From the IMG/VR virus record IMGVR_UViG_3300000563_000521: a DNA stretch of 21,777 nucleotides. One strand, 5' to 3'. The notes under the pieces are model-generated. The model worked only from the letters and a program-made list of their open reading frames with translations. It had not been told where the DNA came from and did no database searches. The stretch comes from a virus. The translations under genes and the position numbers were made by a program. This document shows, one piece after another, positions 15,650-21,777 of the stretch. The number at the start of each line of letters is the position of its first letter. The stretch's first letter is position 1.

Positions 15650-15867
15650 TTATCTTCCTCTATTTTGATAATAAGGTTTTTTTTATTGTGTTTTGAATAA
15701 AACACTCCAAAGTAAGTTTGAATGTGTCTTAAAAGTGTTTCCATACACTCTAATTCGCCATCTTCAATATCATATGATTCAAAAACAACTGTCGTTTTTT
15801 TTTCTCCTTCAAATGATTCAACAACAAAACCGTTCTCTACTCTTTCTATTGTTGTTTTCCAAACCAT
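15646..15867 (-). CDS. Hypothetical protein (73 aa)
   Basis: IERVENGFVV pattern reminiscent of small viral hypotheticals; GAGGT SD; TAATG coupling. Confidence 0.65.
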   Translation of the reverse strand: MVWKTTIERVENGFVVESFEGEKKTTVVFESYDIEDGELECMETLLRHIQTYFGVFYSKHNKKNLIIKIEEDK

Positions 15868-16019
15868 TACTCTGACCTCATTTTTGGGGGTCTTAGTAAA
15901 AAGTATTCATTTAATATATTTTCTATAGCTTCTGTTTTTGTTTTTACATCATTATATATCATATATAACTTTAAATTTTTATCAACAAATTCATCAATAT
16001 CCATTTGTATTTTAACCAT
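15867..16019 (-). CDS. Ribbon-helix-helix-like DNA-binding protein (~50 aa)
   Basis: MVKIQMDIDEFVDKNLKLYMIYNDVKTKTEAIENILNEYF: alternating beta strand, helix, and a TKTEAIENIL second helix. Start set at 16019 (GAGG SD); the track starts at 16076. Confidence 0.55.
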   Translation of the reverse strand: MVKIQMDIDEFVDKNLKLYMIYNDVKTKTEAIENILNEYFLLRPPKMRSE

Positions 16020-16086
16020 TTTATGTAACCTCTGTGATTGTGACATTTTGTTATGTCTTAATACACCATATATCAATTAGTAATCA

Positions 16087-16106
16087 TAACTAGTATATAA
16101 ATCTTT
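16087..16106 (-). promoter_or_regulatory. Archaeal-type promoter for the leftward operon
   Basis: AAAGATTTATATACTAGTTA. Confidence 0.7.
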
Positions 16107-16132
16107 CGGTTTTTGACGATTTTTGATATATG

Positions 16133-16883
16133 TTATATCAAATGTGACACTTTTTTGAAAAAGTGTCAAAAAAGCCATTTGTCACATTTTTTCGGCACTT
16201 TTTTTCATTTTTTTAAAAAATCCTTATATCAAATGTGACACTTTTTTTTGGCACATTTGTGACATTTTGATTTTTTTAGAATTTTTTTTAATATACAGAA
16301 ATGTATATTAATTCGTTATTTTGAAATATGGGTTTATAAATATATTGTTTTTTGGCATAAAAAATAGGTGTTTTTAGAAAAAAAATTTTTTTTATGTAAA
16401 AAATATTTTTTTTGTGTCACAATTGGTATAACAGGTATTGTGATGTATCATCTATATCATTATATATCGTAGTGTATTTTTGTGACAAAATTGGTGTTCC
16501 ATAGGAAATGAAGGTTGGTTTTGTGACATTTGTGCCAGTTAACTTTAAATAGTGGAAATGCAAAATGTCACAAAATGTCACAAAATGTCACAAGATATAT
16601 ATAGTACAAAATATAAAACTATATAAATAAGTGAACCATCGTTTCATATGGAACCCTTTCAAGTATTAAAATTCTTTATTATTATCAATTATGAAAAAAC
16701 CATGTGACAGTTTTGAAAAAAAATTCCATATGCGTTTCTGGAACTTTTGCCGAAATATACTTGAGTATATAATATTTTAGAAAAAAAAATTGTTAAAAAA
16801 AATCCAATTATGAAATTTTTTGTGACATTTTTGTGCCAAAAAGCTGTCACATTTATATCAAATGTGACAAAAAAAATGTCACA
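16133..16883. repeat. Putative replication origin: dispersed TGT(G/C)ACA heptamers
   Basis: TGTGACA at 16143, 16234, 16258, 16481, 16522, 16703, 16821, 16863. TGTCACA at 16180, 16415, 16566, 16576, 16586, 16845, 16877. TTATATCAAATGTGACA x3 (16133, 16224, 16853). Long A/T tracts. Next to MCM, with divergent genes on either side. Confidence 0.75.
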
Positions 16884-17137
16884 AAATCATAAGCAAAAAA
16901 ATTATTACACTACTAATATACATTTTATATACTTAATGTATATTTTTTTATTACTTATATTTTTTTTTGACAAACCACATCATATAAGGACAATTTTTTT
17001 TACCATATTGTATAGTTGTGTATATATAATTTGATAATTTAATAACATAAAATAAAAAATGATAAAAAACACAAAAAATCAAAAAAAATCTATTTTATCT
17101 AAAAAACAATTTTTTTGCAAAAATACCAAAAAAATCA

Positions 17138-17157
17138 AAACATTTATATATTAGTTA
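17138..17157 (+). promoter_or_regulatory. Archaeal-type promoter for the rightward (MCM) operon
   Basis: AAACATTTATATATTAGTTA. Confidence 0.7.
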
Positions 17158-17197
17158 CATTTGTTAGATTATACAAAAACAATTTTTTGGTAAAAAA

Positions 17198-17374
17198 ATG
17201 GAAACAGAAAAAAAGATATTTATTCTAAAAATGTCAGAAACACAACACACCAAACTAAAATTGATTTCTACAATAGTTAAAAAAGATATGCAGGATTTAA
17301 TTTTAGAAGGTATAGATAACATATTAGAAACATATAAAGAAGAATATAATAAAACAATAGAAACTTTAAAATAA
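17198..17374 (+). CDS. Ribbon-helix-helix-like DNA-binding protein (58 aa)
   Basis: Not in track. METEKKIFILKMSETQHTKLKLISTIVKKDMQDLILEGIDNILETY... fits the RHH strand-helix-helix pattern; first gene after the promoter. Confidence 0.6.
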   Translation: METEKKIFILKMSETQHTKLKLISTIVKKDMQDLILEGIDNILETYKEEYNKTIETLK

Positions 17375-17387
17375 GAGGTGTTGGATT

Positions 17388-19562
17388 TTGGAACAAACAG
17401 ACACAACACTCGTAACGGATTTGACACAAATAATAAATCACGAAGAAGTAATATCTTTAATAAAAAAAGAGTTCTTTAGAATAGATACAAATTCTGCAAT
17501 AACTCTTGCTGAACTCATTATAAACAACGAAACAAAAATAAATGTCAAACAATTTAAACAAAAACACAAATCTTTTGTAAGAAAAAACCTTGGGAAATTT
17601 GAAAAACCAGAAGATGAAGAAAATGGCGATTATTATTTAAAAGAAGAGATTGTTGAATTTATAAAGAAAAAACTAATCATAATTGTTGAAAAAATCGGGT
17701 CCTCTATAAAAGATGTAGAAGACGATAGTGATAGGTGGTCTCTGAGTCAGGTTGATGGAATAGAAGCGTTTGAAACAACAAAATATACAACCTTTCAAGA
17801 TATAAGAGAAAAAATTAACAGAGAAGGAAAAAATATAGAATTTAGGTATTCTTTTAAAAAATCAGATTTAAAAACTTCTTTTTATGAAAATAAATCAACT
17901 TTACAAATGATAGATGTTCATATAAACAATAATGGTGAACATTTTGATTATCCTATAAAATATGTTTATGTTTGTCCTATGTGTGAAACAATTAGCAGTA
18001 TGATGGAATATAAAGTTGCTTCAACAAACAATAAACACAAATGTCGTCAAATGGTTACAAAAGATGATAAATTGAAAACGTGCAACACACCTTTAAATCC
18101 TGACACAAACAGAACAATAACCAAAGATGCATATATTTATGATATAACATTTAAAGATAAAGAAGGAAAGGAACAAAAGGCAGACGCAATGTCTTTTCAA
18201 TATTTGCCCAAAGGTCATTTAAAAGTTGTTCTGCAAAAAATACCACAAGCATATGGTAGACTGTTTGTTCACATAGTAGATTTCCAACCGATAGATAAAG
18301 AATCTATGAAACTACCAGAAAAAACAGCGAAAGAACATTATGTATTCACATTAATAAAACACATAGATAAATATATTAAAGAAAAAACCGGTTATGTTCA
18401 TTATGGTTATTTACCAGCAAAAATAAGTATGTTAGCACAAATGGGTTCAAGACACATTCCAGGATTTAAATACAATTTTCACATATCTTTGTCCGGAGAT
18501 ATGTCTAGTGGTAAATCACAGTTTGCTCGTTATTGGGGGATAACACTTTATGCAGAAGATGTGTTTCTTAGCAATGCAACAAGTGTAAGCATTCCAAAAT
18601 TAAGAGGAACGATGGAAAGCTTTCACTTATTTGGAAAAGAACACAGATATCAATACAGAGGTTTATTAGGAGAAAAGAAATTAATAGTAATAGATGAAAT
18701 AAAAGAGAACCCAGAACTAAAAAACAGTTTGAAACAATATTCACTTGAACCGGTTTATGATTATTCTAAACAAGGCAGTAATAATCAAACTTACAAAAGA
18801 ACTGCACAATTAGTAGTTACACAAAACATAGATACAAAACATTTAGATAAATATGCTAAAGACATAAAAACATTGTATCAATCAGACACATTAAAATTAA
18901 CTAACGATGATGGAATAGAACCAAAACCTGCTTGGGACCAACATACAGATTTAACATTACCATTATATACTTATAAAAACAGATACTTAAAATATTGTAT
19001 AAAAAAAATAAGAGAAGAATATGAAAGAAACACAAACAATTGGATTGATGGTTCGGAAATTGCTTTAAAACAAAGATTTTATTTTTATTATTATTTAGGT
19101 TCAAGTAAAACAAATAAAAAATTAACTCATACAATTAAACAAAACAACATAACACCTATAATATCTAACAATTTAGAACTAGTAAGAATAATGTGTGCAA
19201 AAGAATTGGTAGAATATTTAGAAAATACTCATGGTTATACTTATGGTGAAAACGATTTAGAATATTTTGATAAAATAGATGAGTTATTATCAAAATATGA
19301 TAAAAGAGGAGATGCCAGAACAAAAGAAATGAGTTATACTTTAATAAAAATTTTGAGAATAATAGATAAAAGAAAATATTGCAACGAAGAAGATTTGAGA
19401 ATATTACAATATATTTTAGAAAATGTTGATAACAAAGTAGAAGTAATAGATACAGACGAATTTAAAATAAACAACACTTATATAAAAAAAGACGATGTTG
19501 AGGAAACAAATATAGAAGAAGAAAATAAAGATTCTTGGGGTTATGATGATACTTTCAAATAA
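17388..19562 (+). CDS. mcm: Divergent MCM-family replicative helicase
   Basis: Zn finger (CPMC...C...C), Walker A ISLSGDMSSGKSQF, Walker B VIDEIK, SKQG hairpin, sensor VVTQN, Arg finger ALKQRF. TTG start preceded by GAGGTG. Confidence 0.85.
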   Translation: MEQTDTTLVTDLTQIINHEEVISLIKKEFFRIDTNSAITLAELIINNETKINVKQFKQKHKSFVRKNLGKFEKPEDEENGDYYLKEEIVEFIKKKLIIIVEKIGSSIKDVEDDSDRWSLSQVDGIEAFETTKYTTFQDIREKINREGKNIEFRYSFKKSDLKTSFYENKSTLQMIDVHINNNGEHFDYPIKYVYVCPMCETISSMMEYKVASTNNKHKCRQMVTKDDKLKTCNTPLNPDTNRTITKDAYIYDITFKDKEGKEQKADAMSFQYLPKGHLKVVLQKIPQAYGRLFVHIVDFQPIDKESMKLPEKTAKEHYVFTLIKHIDKYIKEKTGYVHYGYLPAKISMLAQMGSRHIPGFKYNFHISLSGDMSSGKSQFARYWGITLYAEDVFLSNATSVSIPKLRGTMESFHLFGKEHRYQYRGLLGEKKLIVIDEIKENPELKNSLKQYSLEPVYDYSKQGSNNQTYKRTAQLVVTQNIDTKHLDKYAKDIKTLYQSDTLKLTNDDGIEPKPAWDQHTDLTLPLYTYKNRYLKYCIKKIREEYERNTNNWIDGSEIALKQRFYFYYYLGSSKTNKKLTHTIKQNNITPIISNNLELVRIMCAKELVEYLENTHGYTYGENDLEYFDKIDELLSKYDKRGDARTKEMSYTLIKILRIIDKRKYCNEEDLRILQYILENVDNKVEVIDTDEFKINNTYIKKDDVEETNIEEENKDSWGYDDTFK

Positions 19563-19573
19563 GGAGGCATAAA

Positions 19574-19816
19574 ATGAAACTAGAAGAAATAATGAATAAT
19601 ATAAATAATTTGGATAAACTGAAAAAAGAAGAATTAATAGAATATGTTTATACTTTGGCAATGAATTTGAAACGAATACAAAACAAAACAATATCTTTAA
19701 ACGGCGAAATAAGATTTTTAAAAAGACATATGACAAAAATAAGAGATATGATTGATAGAACACTTAAAACAAATATAGAAACAGAAAATGTTGGTTGGTA
19801 TAACAATGGTGATTAA
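19574..19816 (+). CDS. Hypothetical coiled-coil protein (80 aa)
   Basis: AAGGAGG SD; heptad-like Leu/Ile pattern. Confidence 0.65.
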   Translation: MKLEEIMNNINNLDKLKKEELIEYVYTLAMNLKRIQNKTISLNGEIRFLKRHMTKIRDMIDRTLKTNIETENVGWYNNGD

Positions 19817-20687
19817 ATTAGAAGAAAAATACGGTTTTTCTAAACCCAATCAAAACAAATTGTTGGATTTTGAAGATATGTTAAATTATTGTAAAAAATA
19901 TAAAAAAGAAATTAATAGAACACTTATGTTTCAAAACAATTTTTCACATGCAGAAATAAATTGGTTTGCAGTGAATTATAAAGAAAAAATATTGGAGGTA
20001 AATAAAATGAACAAACCAAAAACAGGTGTTGGTGGGGTCATACTCGCAATGGAAATAGGAAACACTTTATTAAATGAAGTTAAAAAAAAATTAAACATAG
20101 AAAGTTTTGATTATAACGGTGTTTATAAAACACACATAGACAAATATATCAAAAATATTAGGAAATCATTAGAAGAAGATAGAAAGGGATTAACACCAGA
20201 AGAATACGCTGAAATAAAAAAAGACTTGGAAAAAGAATTGGTTGATGAAAGACACTATATTGAATGTTTTTGTGGTTTTTTAGAAAAAGAATTAAGTAAA
20301 AAAGATTTAGAAGAAAGCGTAACAATAAAAAAAGTTGATAACGAATACATTATTATTCAAAACAAAAAAACCAAAAAATTCAACAAATCTTACAAAGACA
20401 TACATTATATTAAAGAAAAAGATGTTAAAGATTTGTGGAAAATATTAGTTATGTTAACTGATAAGAAAAAAAATAAAACAAATTATACAAGAATAATATC
20501 TTCCATTATAATAAAAAATAATATAAAAATGAGAATAGAAAGTTTTAATGGAGGAAAAAATAGGACAAAGTATTATTTTCCATTATACTATTATCCTTTA
20601 AAAATATTACAACACAAAGAATATATAATTCACAATAAGAGAGGACAAGTTATTAGAACTAAATTTGATAAAGGTGTTAAATTATGA
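19806..20687 (+). CDS. Hypothetical protein (~293 aa)
   Basis: Long co-oriented ORF (track 19788..20687). Start placed at ATG 19806; a strong internal SD precedes ATG 20007. No family recognised. Confidence 0.6.
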   Translation: MVIKLEEKYGFSKPNQNKLLDFEDMLNYCKKYKKEINRTLMFQNNFSHAEINWFAVNYKEKILEVNKMNKPKTGVGGVILAMEIGNTLLNEVKKKLNIESFDYNGVYKTHIDKYIKNIRKSLEEDRKGLTPEEYAEIKKDLEKELVDERHYIECFCGFLEKELSKKDLEESVTIKKVDNEYIIIQNKKTKKFNKSYKDIHYIKEKDVKDLWKILVMLTDKKKNKTNYTRIISSIIIKNNIKMRIESFNGGKNRTKYYFPLYYYPLKILQHKEYIIHNKRGQVIRTKFDKGVKL

Positions 20688-20806
20688 GTTTTGGAAAACT
20701 GCAAATGTTTGATGAAGACACTGTAATATATTGTGATAGATGTAAAGCAAACTTTACAGTAAGGGTCAAACCTTTTCTGTGTCCAAAATGTAACAATAAG
20801 TGGTAA
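20684..20806 (+). CDS. Small zinc-ribbon protein (40 aa)
   Basis: Not in track. MSFGKLQMFDEDTVIYCDRCKANFTVRVKPFLCPKCNNKW has two CxxC motifs; AGGTG SD; ATGA overlap. Confidence 0.7.
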   Translation: MSFGKLQMFDEDTVIYCDRCKANFTVRVKPFLCPKCNNKW

Positions 20807-20809
20807 AAA

Positions 20810-21777
20810 ATGTGTGAGTGGTATGAATTTGAAGGATTGGACAGAATAAAGAATGTTTACAAAAAACATTCTTTGCAAGACTTTTTTAATTGGTGGAATG
20901 ACGAAAAAAATCAAGTAATGGAGATAAGGTTTCAGGAATGGAAGTATGCCGACGAATGTTCTAAATTGTTTTTTGTGCAAAAACACAAACAAAGTGTTTT
21001 TATAGATAACCACGAAAAATTAATAAAAATTGTTAAATATTTTAGTAAACACACAACAATGTGGTTTGGTGTTAATCCAAAAAAGAAAACACTAAACAAA
21101 TATGGTAAAAACAAATATAACGATTTGGACATCGGTATAAGCAAAATAAAACATATTTTTATAGATATTGATAGAAAACAAAAAAATGGTCCTGCAACAA
21201 AACAAGATTTGATGCAAGCAGATTTTTTAGCTAATAAAATATTAGAACAACTATCTTTGCAAAAGTTTGATAAAAATTATATGAAAATATGTTCTGGCAA
21301 CGGTTTACAACTAATAATAAAATTAGATATTCCAATAGTTTTACCAAACGCAGAATTTGATGAAACTATAGAAAAATATATTGAAACATTGTTGTTTAAA
21401 GAAATAAAAAAAACAATAAAAGAGGGCATAGGAAAAGTATTAATTAATTATTCTGCAAAAATAGGCAAACAATATTTAGAAGATTGTGGAGAAGAGTTTA
21501 ATGCAGAAGTTGATACAACATGTTTTAATATAGGGCGGGTTGGTGCTTTACCTTATAGTTTTAATTTTAAACACAATACAATGATTCCTAGAGGAATAGT
21601 AGAAATAAAAAATACAGGCAACAACGAAGGTTTAACTGATTACCTTAAACAACTTTTTGAAGAAAAAAAACAAAGAACCAAAACAATTAAACACAACAAC
21701 GAATCATTAATATGTTTATCAGAAGAATATAGATTAAAAGAAAATCAATTAAAAAAAAACACTTTAATACAATTAAT
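20810..21777 (+). CDS. AEP-superfamily primase / primase-polymerase, runs off right edge
   Basis: Not in track. Open from ATG 20810 to the end (322 codons): WFGVNP, motif I IFIDID, motif II CSGNGLQ, motif III-like VDTTCFNIGRVGALPYSFN. Confidence 0.82.
   Translation, partial: MCEWYEFEGLDRIKNVYKKHSLQDFFNWWNDEKNQVMEIRFQEWKYADECSKLFFVQKHKQSVFIDNHEKLIKIVKYFSKHTTMWFGVNPKKKTLNKYGKNKYNDLDIGISKIKHIFIDIDRKQKNGPATKQDLMQADFLANKILEQLSLQKFDKNYMKICSGNGLQLIIKLDIPIVLPNAEFDETIEKYIETLLFKEIKKTIKEGIGKVLINYSAKIGKQYLEDCGEEFNAEVDTTCFNIGRVGALPYSFNFKHNTMIPRGIVEIKNTGNNEGLTDYLKQLFEEKKQRTKTIKHNNESLICLSEEYRLKENQLKKNTLIQL

Noticed and set aside
792-15928. Numerous plus-strand ORFs (e.g. 1724, 4125, 5245, 6817, 8672, 10186, 12456, 13903, 14322, 15722)
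   Set aside because: All lie antisense to well-supported minus-strand genes, and their hydrophobic composition simply mirrors A-rich coding on the other strand.
16133-16883. Possible CRISPR or mini-array
   Set aside because: Repeats are 7-17 bp, in both orientations and irregularly spaced; there is no repeat-spacer periodicity.
16810-17034. 74-aa ORF within the origin region
   Set aside because: Translates the heptamer repeats and A/T tracts; no SD, and lies upstream of the rightward promoter.
17164-21144. Minus-strand ORFs 17164, 18901, 19416, 20630, 20932
   Set aside because: Antisense to the RHH, MCM, hypothetical and primase genes.

Overview
Very AT-rich, gene-dense DNA that reads as the replication and accessory region of an archaeal virus or other archaeal mobile element. 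Support: TTTATATA TATA boxes, GGTGA/GGAGG ribosome-binding sites, a PCNA-type clamp and an MCM. No capsid, terminase or integrase gene is visible, so virus versus plasmid/provirus cannot be settled. A ~1.1 kb intergenic region (16.1-17.15 kb) has 15 copies of TGT(G/C)ACA, is flanked by two divergent ribbon-helix-helix-like genes, and is the likely origin; all genes point away from it. Right arm: divergent MCM and AEP primase(-polymerase), the latter truncated and missing from the ORF track. Left arm, in transcription order: small Zn-finger and membrane proteins, two tandem orphan DNA methyltransferases, an SF2 helicase, a four-gene glycosylation cassette between 51-bp direct repeats, a putative SSB, a PD-(D/E)XK nuclease-UvsW-like helicase fusion, PCNA, and a T4 gp44/gp62-like clamp loader. 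An IS200/IS605-type IscB (OMEGA) element with its omegaRNA has inserted into the 3' end of the gp62-like gene and runs off the left edge; it is also missing from the ORF track. All family calls come from motif recognition by eye; no database search was run.
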